DNA of 64,000 bases from assembly GCF_058153355.1 (NCBI RefSeq), contig NZ_CM177019.1. One strand, 5' to 3'. Below, one piece after another: positions 23,236 through 35,261 of the stretch; position 1 is the stretch's first letter; each line of letters starts with the position of its first letter. Below the pieces are notes generated by a model that made no database searches, was not told the DNA's origin, and saw only the letters and a program-made list of their open reading frames with translations. The translations under genes were made by a program, and so were the position numbers.

Positions 23236-24519
23236 GTGAACACATTTTCAGTTTCCCGTCTGGCGCTGGCATTGGCTTTTGGCGTGACGCTGACCGCCTG
23301 TAGCTCAACACCGCCCGATCAACGTCCTTCTGATCAAACCGCGCCAGGTACCTCTTCTCGCCCGATTCTGTCGACAAAAGAAGCGCAGAATTTCGATGCT
23401 CAACACTATTTTGCGTCCCTGACGCCAGGTGCTGCAGCGTGGAATCCTTCCCCGATTACTCTGCCTGCACAACCTGACTTTGTTGTCGGTCCGGCGGGTA
23501 CTCCGGGTGTAACGCATACCACGATTCAGGCGGCGGTAGATGCGGCAATTATCAAGCGTACCAATAAGCGCCAGTATATTGCCGTGATGCCTGGTGAATA
23601 TCAGGGAACGGTGTATGTCCCTGCCGCTCCGGGTGGAATTACCGTTTATGGTACAGGTGAAAAACCGATTGATGTGAAGATTGGGCTTTCCCTTGATGGG
23701 GGCATGAGCCCTGCCGACTGGCGTCACGATGTCAATCCGCGCGGCAAATACATGCCCGGTAAACCGGCGTGGTATATGTACGATAGCTGCCAGAGCAAAC
23801 GCAGCGACAGTATCGGCGTTCTCTGCTCTGCGGTCTTCTGGTCACAAAACAATGGCCTGCAACTGCAAAACCTGACCATCGAAAACACGCTGGGTGATAG
23901 CGTAGATGCGGGTAACCATCCGGCGGTGGCACTGCGTACTGATGGCGATAAAGTGCAGATCAACAACGTCAACATTCTCGGTCGTCAGAATACCTTCTTT
24001 GTGACCAACAGCGGTGTACAGAACCGTCTGGAAACCAATCGTCAACCACGTACGCTGGTGACGAATAGCTATATTGAAGGGGATGTGGATATCGTTTCTG
24101 GTCGCGGCGCAGTGGTGTTCGATAATACCGAATTCCGCGTGGTGAACTCCCGTACCCAGCAAGAAGCGTATGTGTTTGCACCGGCTACGCTGTCTAACAT
24201 CTATTACGGTTTCCTCGCCGTAAACAGCCGCTTCAATGCTTCCGGTGATGGCGTGGCGCAACTGGGCCGCTCGCTGGATGTTGATGCCAATACCAACGGT
24301 CAGGTGGTGATCCGTGATAGCGCCATCAACGAAGGTTTTAACACGGCTAAACCGTGGGCCGATGCGGTGATTTCCAATCGTCCGTTTGCGGGTAATACTG
24401 GCAACGTTGATGATAACGACGAAGTACAGCGTAATCTGAATGACACTAACTACAACCGCATGTGGGAATACAATAACCGCGGCGTGGGTAGCAAAGTGGT
24501 TGCAGAGGCGAAGAAGTAA
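23236..24519 (+). CDS. ybhC: Pectinesterase-like outer membrane lipoprotein
   Basis: 427 aa; lipobox LTAC after signal peptide; synteny. Confidence 0.85.
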   Translation: MNTFSVSRLALALAFGVTLTACSSTPPDQRPSDQTAPGTSSRPILSTKEAQNFDAQHYFASLTPGAAAWNPSPITLPAQPDFVVGPAGTPGVTHTTIQAAVDAAIIKRTNKRQYIAVMPGEYQGTVYVPAAPGGITVYGTGEKPIDVKIGLSLDGGMSPADWRHDVNPRGKYMPGKPAWYMYDSCQSKRSDSIGVLCSAVFWSQNNGLQLQNLTIENTLGDSVDAGNHPAVALRTDGDKVQINNVNILGRQNTFFVTNSGVQNRLETNRQPRTLVTNSYIEGDVDIVSGRGAVVFDNTEFRVVNSRTQQEAYVFAPATLSNIYYGFLAVNSRFNASGDGVAQLGRSLDVDANTNGQVVIRDSAINEGFNTAKPWADAVISNRPFAGNTGNVDDNDEVQRNLNDTNYNRMWEYNNRGVGSKVVAEAKK

Positions 24520-24535
24520 AAGCGATTAACTTTTT

Positions 24536-24572
<37 letters not shown>

Positions 24573-24623
24573 TCGATGCGATGTCGGGTAGCAGCGATTC
24601 ATTACTGTCTCGCCGCCCCCTAA

Positions 24624-24657
24624 GAACGGTACGTGCGAGTTTCCCCGCATACCGCTC
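24624..24657 (-). ncRNA. Group II intron domain V
   Basis: Minus strand GAGCGGTATGCGGGGAAACTCGCACGTACCGTTC, 34-nt hairpin matching the domain V consensus with compensatory pairing. Confidence 0.75.
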
Positions 24658-24663
24658 AAGCCT

Positions 24664-26406
24664 TTATAAGCCTCCACCTTGTGGGAGACCAGCGTCATTA
24701 CTATGTAGTTGTCGATGGCAGTTGGGATGGAGTAGGACTAAATTGCTCACATCATCGCTACCGCCAAGAGATTTCTTGAGCAAATGATGAACATTCCATC
24801 CTGTATCGCGATTAATCGGTTGCTCACATAAAGGGCAGCGCGATCCTTGCCTTTTCCATATAGCGAGAATCCTTTTCTGCCCCTGTTGGGATTTCTTCCA
24901 TGAGTAGTCCAGCCTTCTTTCGAAGTATGTTTCCCACTCGGGATCATATGGATTTGCCGTTCCCTTTATTTTTATATAGCGATTAATATGGATGTCGCTG
25001 GCCCGGGACAGAACATATTTCCTACCCTCCGGATCGACTCCATAAAATCGACCATGACACATTTTTATTGTCGTGTGGTACTTTCGGAAGATCCATCTCC
25101 GGCCTTTGCCGGGATGTCTCCTTCTGCACCACTGCCAGATTTTGCGCCAGATTTGGTTGTCGACATAGTTAAATGTCTCTGCCGATGCTACATGTTGGTG
25201 ATAGTTTGCCCACCCGGTGATGATTGGATTAAGCAGATTTATTAGCACCCATGCAGGAACCGTTCGGTTACCTTCAATAGTCTCTCTGATCTTGCTAAGA
25301 AATTGTTTAACGTTTTTCTTGGCTGGTCTGATTATGAGTTTTCTACCGAAGCGTCGGACGTGCTGCCCAAGGAAATCAAATCCGTCAGTAATGTGAGTGA
25401 TGACCGTTTTCTCTTCGGATAACGTCAGCCCTCTTTCTGCAAGAAATGATTTCACCAACGGAAGAACATTCTCCTCCAGAAGTTCTTTCGACTTTCCGGA
25501 AATGATGAAATCATCAGCATACCGGACGAAGTGAACCTGATGTTTCCTGAATGTTTTTGAGCGTTTCGGACCAAAGCGATTTTGCAGCAGTCTTTCCAGT
25601 CCATCCAGGGCCATGTTTGCCAGAACTGGAGATATGATTCCTCCCTGGGGTGTACCCGAGAGAGTTTTGCTGAATATGCTTTTTTCGATGATCCCGGCTT
25701 TCAACCAATTACGGAGTATTTGCTTGTCCATAGGAATATTTTCAAGCAGCCACTCGTGGCTAATGTGTTCAAAGCATCCTTTAATATCGCCTTCCAGAAC
25801 CCATTTCGAGGCGTTCCGGGAACTATACATATTACATACCTGTTGAATGGCGTCAGCCGTACATCGCGCTGGTCTGAAACCATAACTGTTGTGATCTGCA
25901 TTAGTTTCCGATACAGGCTCCAATCCCAGCAGATGCAGGGCCTGCATTGCCCTGTCAAGCATGACGGGGATTCCTAATGGTCTTTTCTTGCCATTAGATT
26001 TGGGTATAAAAACTCTTTTTAGCGGTAGGGGCTTGTACCCTTTTCGCCTGAGTTTGAATATCGCTTCCCATTTTGATTCTGGAGTACTCCAGATTTGACC
26101 ATCAACTCCGGGGGTTTTACGCCCGCTATTTTCCGTAACTCGTTTCACCGCCAGTGCTCTGGCGCTGAATGAGCGAACCAGCAATCGTTGCAATCTACCG
26201 ACTGTACGCCATTGCTGGTTACATGCCGCCTTTGCGATTCTTGTCTGTATGGTTTTAACGTGTTGATGGCATTTCTTCCAGTTAATGGAATGCCAACCTT
26301 TTCCGTTGATGACCGCAGTTACATTGTTAGATGTAATTTTCATACATGTCATCCAAAGAAACCTTCGCAGATGTTTCGCAATTAAAGACCAGATGGAAGT
26401 CAGCAC
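24664..26406 (-). CDS. Group II intron-encoded protein: reverse transcriptase / maturase / HNH endonuclease
   Basis: 580 aa; RT motifs incl. YADD (FVRYADDFIISG); maturase X region; C-terminal HNH-like motif (HHLLKKSLGGSDDVSNLVLLHPNCHRQLH). Confidence 0.9.
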   Translation of the reverse strand: MLTSIWSLIAKHLRRFLWMTCMKITSNNVTAVINGKGWHSINWKKCHQHVKTIQTRIAKAACNQQWRTVGRLQRLLVRSFSARALAVKRVTENSGRKTPGVDGQIWSTPESKWEAIFKLRRKGYKPLPLKRVFIPKSNGKKRPLGIPVMLDRAMQALHLLGLEPVSETNADHNSYGFRPARCTADAIQQVCNMYSSRNASKWVLEGDIKGCFEHISHEWLLENIPMDKQILRNWLKAGIIEKSIFSKTLSGTPQGGIISPVLANMALDGLERLLQNRFGPKRSKTFRKHQVHFVRYADDFIISGKSKELLEENVLPLVKSFLAERGLTLSEEKTVITHITDGFDFLGQHVRRFGRKLIIRPAKKNVKQFLSKIRETIEGNRTVPAWVLINLLNPIITGWANYHQHVASAETFNYVDNQIWRKIWQWCRRRHPGKGRRWIFRKYHTTIKMCHGRFYGVDPEGRKYVLSRASDIHINRYIKIKGTANPYDPEWETYFERRLDYSWKKSQQGQKRILAIWKRQGSRCPLCEQPINRDTGWNVHHLLKKSLGGSDDVSNLVLLHPNCHRQLHSNDAGLPQGGGL

Positions 26407-26941
26407 GGTTTCCCGTTAAGGCAAATATTGAACCTCTATCCGCACGATTACAGTCCGGCTTTCGCTTTTTCCATCCTCCTTTACCCGCATTCTCATCAGT
26501 TTGCCTTACGGTGCCCCTGCCACTAGGGCGAGAATTCGGGCTTACCAAGTTCCGACCAACATACAAAGAACGGGTTAGGTTCTGTCTATCCGCCGGGGGA
26601 GTTATTGTCCATGTATTCCCACTACGAACAGGAATAGCCTTACCCCTTACCTTTTGGTGCAAGCCTATCAGCATCTTTGGCTCGTTCTCTGTTACGACGT
26701 TTAACGACAGTTCACTATGTTAACCATACCGCCCAGCCTAGCGCTCTCGCCGCATGATGCTTGTAGCGATCAGGTTTTCTCACGATTAACTGAAGCAATA
26801 TTTGCTAAGCTACATTGTCCCAAGGGCTTCAGACAGAGCCGTTACCAGCTTTGCCTGCCTCAGTAGGCTACAACTAATGGAATAGTTGGTTTTATATAAA
26901 TAATTTATCAAAACAATATGTTGGACGACTTCTTGTCGCAC

Positions 26942-27105
<164 letters not shown>

Positions 27106-27110
27106 GCTTT

Positions 27111-29372
27111 TTACATCTGACGGTTTTTATTGAAGTTAATCAAACTACCCGCCTTGATAATCTCGCGCTCTTCAGCAGTCAGACTTTCCATATAGAGCGT
27201 AATCTCTGTTACCGGCGCATCTTCATGGATCACATAACCTTTAAACGTCGTCCCCGGATTATCCAGCGCCGTTTTAATGCCAGGGATGTAAATGTAATCG
27301 CCCACTTCAAAGTTCGGTGCTTCCGCCATTTGCAGCGGTAACATCCCCCAGTTGATGACGTTAGAACGGTAGCGTTTAGTCGCGTATTCCTCGGCAATAT
27401 TCGCCAGACCGCCAATCACACGCTGGCAGCTCGCCGCCTGCTCACGCGCAGAACCATCGCCTGGTTTCACCGCATAGACCATGCTGCCAATTTCAGTTTG
27501 CAGCGGATCAATATGCTCCTGACCAGCAATCTGCTTAATGCGCGCAAACACCTCTGTCAGCTCGCTGACATTGCCCGCCAGACGCTGATTTTCCAGCTCA
27601 GCAGTCGCTTTACTTCTCCCAACATAACCTGGATCGCGGCGTGACAGGGTAAACTCCGCCAAACCAATCGGATTTGAACGATAAGAAGAGGTTTCACCGG
27701 AAGGAATCAGTTCGTCGGTGGTGGTGACTTCGTCGAGGATCTTCGAGCACACTTTGAGGACGATATTGTCAGTCAGCGCCCCCAATTCCGGCCAGTCTTT
27801 AATGTTCGGTCCGTAAATCAGCGGTTGCTGGGTCGCCCCTTTCACAAAGCCCTGATAAACACGGTTTTTATACGGCGTTACATCGAAGGCGTACTCCGGC
27901 ACGTTGTCCCAGCAATCCAGCTCGCTGGCAGAGGTTAAATAGCCACCGTTTGCCGCAGTCGCAGCGATAGAACGAGCGTCCATCAACGCCACCGCTGACA
28001 TCTGCCCATTGGCTGGCTTAGAGCCTTCGCGGTTCGGAAAGTTACGCGTGGTGTGGCGAATACTCAAACCGTTGTTGATTGGCGTATCGCCCGCGCCAAA
28101 GCATGGGCCGCAGAACGCGGTTCTGATGATTGCACCTGCGCCAATCAAATCTGCTACCACGCCTTTTTTGGCTAAATCCATAAACACCGGCTGTGATGAT
28201 GGATAAACCGCCAGCGAGAAGGTGTCATTGCCACAGGATTGACCGCGCAGCGCATTAGCTGCAGCGATAACGTTTTCATAGTTACCGCCAGAACAGCCCG
28301 CGATAATCCCCTGCTGCACTTTCAGGCGACCATTTTCCACTTTATCCAGCAATGAGAGTTTGGCTTTCCCGTGCGCCACGCGCTCGGACTCAATTTCAAT
28401 CTCACGCAGAATGTCAGTCAGGTTCTGGTTCAGCATGTCGATTTCATACACGTTGCTCGGGTGGAACGGCAGCGCAATCATTGGTTTGATGGCACTCAAA
28501 TCAACGCTGATGCAGCCATCGTAGTACGCCATCGGTTGAGGGTTAAGCTGACAATAATCCTGGCCGCGACCGTGCAGCGCCAGCCAGTTATGGACTTCTT
28601 CATCAGTTTGCCAGACAGAACTTAAACAGGTAGTTTCAGTGGTCATCACGTCAACGCTGTTACGGAAATCGGTAGAGAGCGCTGCAACACCGGGCCCCAC
28701 GAATTCCATCACTTTGTTTTTGACGTAGCCGTTTTTGAACACGGCACCAATGATAGCCAGCGCCACATCCTGCGGCCCCACATACGGCGCAGGTTTTCCG
28801 GTTAGATGCACCGCGACCACGCCCGGATAATCGATATCCCAGGTATCATTAAGCAGTTGTTTTACCAGCTCGCCGCCGCCCTCGCCGACAGCCATCGTAC
28901 CTAACGCACCGTAACGGGTGTGGCTGTCTGACCCGAGGATCATTTTGCCGCCGCCTGCCATCATCTCACGCATATATTGATGGATGACCGCAATATGCGG
29001 AGGCACAAAAATACCGCCATAACGCTGCGCTGCCGATAAACCAAAAACATGGTCATCACCGTTAATGGTGCCGCCGACGGCGCAGAGTGAGTTATGGCAG
29101 TTGGTCAGCACATACGGCAGCGGGAAACGTTCCATACCGGACGCTTTAGCGGTCTGTACAATACCAACAAAGGTAATATCGTGAGAGGCTAATGAATCAA
29201 ACTTAATTTTAAGTTTATCCATATTTCCGGACGTATTATGAGAAGAGAGAATAGACCAGGCAATAGTGCCTTTTTTTGCTTCTTCTTTTTTAATTTCGCC
29301 GGTGAAATGTTCTTCGGCAATTATTTCGTTATTACTGGCGAGAAACACGCCTTTTTCAGATAACTTGATCAT
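27111..29372 (-). CDS. ybhJ: Aconitase-family hydratase
   Basis: ~753 aa from MIKLSEKGV...; ORF-track 761 aa includes an upstream extension; synteny. Confidence 0.85.
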   Translation of the reverse strand: MIKLSEKGVFLASNNEIIAEEHFTGEIKKEEAKKGTIAWSILSSHNTSGNMDKLKIKFDSLASHDITFVGIVQTAKASGMERFPLPYVLTNCHNSLCAVGGTINGDDHVFGLSAAQRYGGIFVPPHIAVIHQYMREMMAGGGKMILGSDSHTRYGALGTMAVGEGGGELVKQLLNDTWDIDYPGVVAVHLTGKPAPYVGPQDVALAIIGAVFKNGYVKNKVMEFVGPGVAALSTDFRNSVDVMTTETTCLSSVWQTDEEVHNWLALHGRGQDYCQLNPQPMAYYDGCISVDLSAIKPMIALPFHPSNVYEIDMLNQNLTDILREIEIESERVAHGKAKLSLLDKVENGRLKVQQGIIAGCSGGNYENVIAAANALRGQSCGNDTFSLAVYPSSQPVFMDLAKKGVVADLIGAGAIIRTAFCGPCFGAGDTPINNGLSIRHTTRNFPNREGSKPANGQMSAVALMDARSIAATAANGGYLTSASELDCWDNVPEYAFDVTPYKNRVYQGFVKGATQQPLIYGPNIKDWPELGALTDNIVLKVCSKILDEVTTTDELIPSGETSSYRSNPIGLAEFTLSRRDPGYVGRSKATAELENQRLAGNVSELTEVFARIKQIAGQEHIDPLQTEIGSMVYAVKPGDGSAREQAASCQRVIGGLANIAEEYATKRYRSNVINWGMLPLQMAEAPNFEVGDYIYIPGIKTALDNPGTTFKGYVIHEDAPVTEITLYMESLTAEEREIIKAGSLINFNKNRQM

Positions 29373-29439
29373 CAAATGCTCCAGATATCTGCGCACCGTT
29401 AAGTGCGCAGAAAGATAATAAATGGATATACTCTAAATA

Positions 29440-29545
29440 ATTCGAGTTGCAGGAAGGCGGCAAGCGAGTGAATCCCCAGGAGCTTACATAAGTAAGTGAC
29501 TGGGGTGAGCGAACGCAGATGCAGCACATGCAACTTGAAGTATGA
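29440..29545. repeat. ERIC (IRU) enterobacterial repetitive intergenic element
   Basis: Contains gtgaatccccaggagcttacat and aagtaagtgactggggtgagcg, the sequences used as ERIC primers. Confidence 0.65.
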
Positions 29546-29554
29546 CGAGTATAT

Positions 29555-30988
29555 TTACAGCATGTTCCAGCCGATCAGCATATTCCACCACCACACGCCG
29601 AGGGTGATATGTACCAGGAAGGTTAATATCGTCAGTACCGCACCGACCAACCACCAGGATTTAATATCGTTATAGCCTACGCCGAAGATGACCGGACCTG
29701 CCGCACCGCCATAGTGAGTAACCATGCCGCCATAGGAGTTGGAGAAAAGCAGCGCCAGCGCAGTTAACATTAACGGTGCGCCGGAGACGTTCGCCAGCAT
29801 GGCAAATACCGGTAACATGGCAACGATATAGGCACTACCGGAAGCAAAGAAATAACGCACGATGATGCTAAGGAAAATAATAACGAAGAAAGCTACGTTA
29901 CCATGGCCGTCAAATGCCAGGTTATTTTTAAAGACTTCAGCTAACCATTCGAAGAATTTAACTTTCGATAATAAGGAGCTTAAGCCGATAATACCGCCGT
30001 ACCAGATTAAGGTATTCCAGCCGCCTTTATTTTTCACCACGTCTTCCCAGGTAACGATCCCCAGCAGCAGCATGGTCGCCATAACAACGATTGCCACAGT
30101 GGATTCATCTACCCCGAGCGTTTTACTGAAAATCCAGCCCAACAGCGCCAGCACAAAGACACCGAGCAGCATTTTTTCGCGGATTTTCATCGGCCCCAGT
30201 TCAGCAAGGCCCGCTTTGGCGATGGTTTTGTTATCCACTTTCTTAATTTCTGGCGGATACATGGTGTAAATCACCAGCGGAGTGACCAGCAGCATAATGA
30301 TGCCCGGCAATCCAGCAGCCAGCGCCCATCCACCCCAACTAATTTGTAGGTGCAGAATATCATTGATCATTTTCAGCGCCAGAATGTTCCCCGCCATTGC
30401 GGTAAAGAACATATAGCTGGTGGTTTTAGTGACCATGTAAATGGACATCATCAGGTAATGTCCAACACGACGTGGGCTTTTTTCAGGTTCTGACCCCAAA
30501 GCCACCGCCACGCTGTTGATGATCGGTAACACAATGCCGCCCGCACGCGCGGTGTTAGACGGTGTTGCCGGAGCCAGAACCAGATCGAGGAATACCGTAA
30601 CGTAACCCAGTCCCAGGGTAGTGCTACCAATTTTGCCAATCAATAAATAGGCAATACGTTTACCTAACCCTGTGGTCACAAATGCGGCGCTTAAGGTAAA
30701 CGCCGAGAACACCAGCCAGGTGGTACCTGAAGAGTAACCGCTTAATACGGCGGTGGTCTTAAATGCACCATCGGATAAATTACCGACCACCACCATTGAG
30801 GCAGCAACGGCAATTAACAGTACGACAGGTTCCGGGAAAGGCTTGATAACCAGCCCGACGATTGCTGCCAGGTAAATACCAAAAAGCACCCACGCCAGTT
30901 CGCTTAATCCTGCCGGAGCTGGCATAAAGCCAATAATACATGGGATCGCTAATATCAGAATTAGCTTCCATAACGATTTTTTATTCAT
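29555..30988 (-). CDS. ybhI: DASS-family anion transporter
   Basis: 477 aa polytopic membrane protein; synteny. Confidence 0.85.
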   Translation of the reverse strand: MNKKSLWKLILILAIPCIIGFMPAPAGLSELAWVLFGIYLAAIVGLVIKPFPEPVVLLIAVAASMVVVGNLSDGAFKTTAVLSGYSSGTTWLVFSAFTLSAAFVTTGLGKRIAYLLIGKIGSTTLGLGYVTVFLDLVLAPATPSNTARAGGIVLPIINSVAVALGSEPEKSPRRVGHYLMMSIYMVTKTTSYMFFTAMAGNILALKMINDILHLQISWGGWALAAGLPGIIMLLVTPLVIYTMYPPEIKKVDNKTIAKAGLAELGPMKIREKMLLGVFVLALLGWIFSKTLGVDESTVAIVVMATMLLLGIVTWEDVVKNKGGWNTLIWYGGIIGLSSLLSKVKFFEWLAEVFKNNLAFDGHGNVAFFVIIFLSIIVRYFFASGSAYIVAMLPVFAMLANVSGAPLMLTALALLFSNSYGGMVTHYGGAAGPVIFGVGYNDIKSWWLVGAVLTILTFLVHITLGVWWWNMLIGWNML

Positions 30989-31063
30989 TTAAAATCCTGT
31001 TCTTTCTGTATGACTCATACAGAAGTCCTTTATTGATTGTCCTTATCCTGACAACGAATATTT

Positions 31064-32116
31064 TCAGGGAAGATAAACTTCACCGGAAAATATTTTTCTG
31101 GTTGTCCGAATAACAGATGCGCGTAACGTCGTGGCATCCTGACCTTCATTACTTAAATGAACGTCGAGTGCACCACTGGGGTGTTCAATATTGATATTGC
31201 CGTATCCTACAGAAGGGACGATTTGTCGGGTGACGGTGCCTTCCAATGCACAACTACTGGAAATAGCAATAGCACCGGTTATCGCCAGCGCGCGATGGCA
31301 AGAATGCGGCATAAAATAACGCACATTAATTGCCCCGCCTTTCTGCGCAGGAGAAATAAGCACAGGTTTAGGGATAACCATATTACTGACATCACCTAAG
31401 CCCATTGCTTTACCCGCTTGTAGGCGGATAGATTCAATGCGGGCTAATAATGTTTTGTCGGCATCCAGTTCCGCCGGTAATTCATAGCCTGTTTTACCAA
31501 AATAATCAGCCGGAATAATGACGACTGGCATCGCCATATCGATACAAGTCACTGGAACATCGTCAAAATAATCAATCTGATTATCAGTCGGGAAGACTTT
31601 TCCGGTTTTTGTTCCGGCGGCATTCAGGAAAGTGAGCGCAACGGGTGCGGCAGTACCCGGTACACCGTCAATCCTGGCACTACCTTCATATTCGACAACA
31701 CCATTTGGCGTTTGCACATCAGCTTCGATGAACGTACCTGTATTGACGTTGCGGATACGTACGCGGGTAACTGGCGAAGTCGCTGCAATCAAACCATTTT
31801 CAATGGCGAATGCCCCAACGCCAGACAGCATATTGCCGCAGTTAGGTGTAGTGTCGACACGTTGCTCATGGACGATAACCTGAGCAAACAGATAATCGAC
31901 GTCAGCACGCGGATCGCTGGAACGGCTAATTATGGCGACTTTACTGGTCAGTGGATTACCGCCGCCAATACCGTCAATTTCCAGATCGTTACCGGAACCC
32001 ATAATTGCCATCAATATTTTATCGCGCTGCGTTTGATCTTCGGGTAGATGTTCCGCTAACAGGAACGCGCCCCTCGAGGTTCCACCTCGCATCATCACGC
32101 AGGGTATTTTTTTCAT
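31064..32116 (-). CDS. ybhH: PrpF/AcnD-accessory-like isomerase family protein
   Basis: 350 aa; synteny. Confidence 0.8.
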   Translation of the reverse strand: MKKIPCVMMRGGTSRGAFLLAEHLPEDQTQRDKILMAIMGSGNDLEIDGIGGGNPLTSKVAIISRSSDPRADVDYLFAQVIVHEQRVDTTPNCGNMLSGVGAFAIENGLIAATSPVTRVRIRNVNTGTFIEADVQTPNGVVEYEGSARIDGVPGTAAPVALTFLNAAGTKTGKVFPTDNQIDYFDDVPVTCIDMAMPVVIIPADYFGKTGYELPAELDADKTLLARIESIRLQAGKAMGLGDVSNMVIPKPVLISPAQKGGAINVRYFMPHSCHRALAITGAIAISSSCALEGTVTRQIVPSVGYGNINIEHPSGALDVHLSNEGQDATTLRASVIRTTRKIFSGEVYLP

Positions 32117-32299
32117 AATAATGCCCTCAATTTAAAAACATAACTTATTGCGATATGGTTACATTAAGGGCAAAGCATCTCTAATGACTTTAGCTCAACG
32201 ATTAATAACATTTTTTCATTAATTTAAGTTGGCTAAATGCAGTTAAAATTTTTAACGGCCTGTCATCCAAAATCGTCGCATCCATTTTTCGGAGTAATA

Positions 32300-33252
32300 A
32301 TGAAGCATGAATTATCAAGTATGAAGGCATTTGTCATACTGGCAGAGTCCAGTTCATTTAACAATGCTGCTAAATTACTCAATATTACGCAACCTGCATT
32401 AACGCGAAGAATAAAAAAATGGAAGAGGATTTACATATTCAACTATTTGAGCGTACAACTCGCAAGGTTATGTTAACAAAAGCAGGAAAAAGGTTGCTCC
32501 CGGAGGCGCGGGAATTAATAAAGAAATTCGATGAAACGCTTTTTAATATTCGCGATATGAATGCTTATCATCGTGGTATGGTGACGTTAGCGTGTATTCC
32601 GACCGCAGTATTTTATTTTTTACCACTGGCAATCGGTAAATTTAATGAGCTGTATCCCAATATTAAAGTGCGGATTCTGGAACAAGGCACGAATAATTGC
32701 ATGGAATCGGTGCTGTGTAACGAATCAGACTTTGGCATAAACATGAACAACGTCACAAATTCATCCATTGATTTTACCCCACTGGTCAACGAGCCGTTCG
32801 TGCTGGCCTGTCGGCGTGACCATCCATTGGCCAAAAAGCAGCTTGTAGAATGGCAGGAGTTAGTGGGTTACAAAATGATTGGCGTACGCTCCTCCAGCGG
32901 CAACCGACTTTTGATAGAACAACAGCTGGCCGACAAGCCCTGGAAGCTGGACTGGTTTTACGAAGTGCGTCATCTTTCGACGTCATTAGGACTGGTGGAG
33001 GCGGGACTGGGGATTTCGGCGCTTCCTGGTCTGGCAATGCCCCATGCACCCTATTCTTCGATTATTGGTATCCCGCTGGTGGAACCGGTTATACGTCGGA
33101 CATTGGGGATTATTCGCCGCAAAGATGCCGTGCTTTCTCCGGCTGCAGAACGCTTTTTTGCCTTGCTGATTAATTTATGGACCGACGATAAAGACAACTT
33201 GTGGACCAATATCGTCGAACGCCAGAGACATGCGTTACAGGAAATGGGGTAA
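32300..33252 (+). pseudogene. ybhD: LysR-family transcriptional regulator with a frameshift in an A7 tract
   Basis: HTH region (...NITQPALTRRIKK) ends in one frame (ORF 32237..32476); the conserved continuation MEEDLHIQLFERTTRK... is in the +1 frame (ORF 32419..33252); shift at A-run 32413..32419. Confidence 0.7.
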
Positions 33253-33292
33253 TACACCGGCGCAGGAGAGACTGCGCCGGGTAAATCAGCGG

Positions 33293-34324
<1,032 letters not shown>

Positions 34325-34442
34325 CTAAAATTAGTCGCTTTTGGCGGTGAATGCTGAATTAAAACGCAGAATTTTGTCCGATAGTGGTATCGGTGTACCA
34401 TTCGCGCAGACGAAAATTCTTAACCTTAATCTGGAATACGCC

Positions 34443-35261
34443 ATGACCACACGCGTGATTGCACTCGACTTAGACGGCACCTTATTGACCCCGAAAAAAA
34501 CCTTGCTTCCTTCATCGATAGAAGCCCTGGCCCGCGCTCGCGAAGCAGGCTATCAATTAATCATCGTCACGGGCCGCCATCACGTCGCTATTCATCCTTT
34601 TTATCAGGCGCTGGCGCTGGATACACCTGCTATTTGCTGTAATGGCACCTATTTGTATGATTATCATGCAAAAACAGTACTTGAAGCCGATCCAATGCCC
34701 GTTAATAAAGCCCTGCAACTCATTGAGATGCTGAATGAACACCACATTCACGGTCTGATGTATGTGGATGATGCAATGGTCTATGAGCACCCGACCGGGC
34801 ATGTCATTCGCACGTCTAACTGGGCGCAAACCCTGCCGCCGGAACAGCGTCCGACCTTTACCCAGGTTGCTTCACTGGCCGAGACAGCGCAGGAAGTTAA
34901 CGCAGTATGGAAGTTCGCCCTGACACACGATGACCTGCCGCAATTGCAGCATTTTGGTAAGCATGTTGAACATGAATTGGGACTGGAGTGTGAATGGTCC
35001 TGGCACGATCAGGTTGATATTGCCCGCGGTGGTAACAGCAAAGGTAAACGCCTGACGAAATGGGTTGAGGCGCAAGGCTGGTCGATGGAAAACGTCGTCG
35101 CATTCGGCGATAATTTTAATGATATCAGTATGCTGGAAGCCGCTGGTACAGGCGTGGCGATGGGCAACGCTGATGACGCAGTAAAAGCGCGTGCCAACAT
35201 TGTGATTGGTGATAACACCACCGACAGCATTGCCCGGTTCATTTATAACCACCTGATTTAA
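34443..35261 (+). CDS. ybhA: HAD-family phosphatase (pyridoxal phosphate phosphatase)
   Basis: 272 aa from MTTRVIALDLDGTLL (HAD motif I). Confidence 0.85.
   Translation: MTTRVIALDLDGTLLTPKKTLLPSSIEALARAREAGYQLIIVTGRHHVAIHPFYQALALDTPAICCNGTYLYDYHAKTVLEADPMPVNKALQLIEMLNEHHIHGLMYVDDAMVYEHPTGHVIRTSNWAQTLPPEQRPTFTQVASLAETAQEVNAVWKFALTHDDLPQLQHFGKHVEHELGLECEWSWHDQVDIARGGNSKGKRLTKWVEAQGWSMENVVAFGDNFNDISMLEAAGTGVAMGNADDAVKARANIVIGDNTTDSIARFIYNHLI

Larger units (their letters stand above)
24573..26941 (-). mobile_element. Group II intron (~2.37 kb) with intron-encoded protein
   Basis: 5' end GTGCGAC (minus strand, at 26941); canonical domain V; candidate domain VI bulged A 7 nt from an AC 3' end; large ORF in the domain IV position. 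Confidence 0.8.

Noticed and set aside
24988-25977. Plus-strand ORFs of 85, 131 and 77 aa
   Set aside because: Antisense to the intron-encoded RT/maturase gene.
26327-26723. ORFs of 115 aa (minus) and 125 aa (plus)
   Set aside because: Inside the structured RNA of group II intron domains I-III; not expected to be coding.
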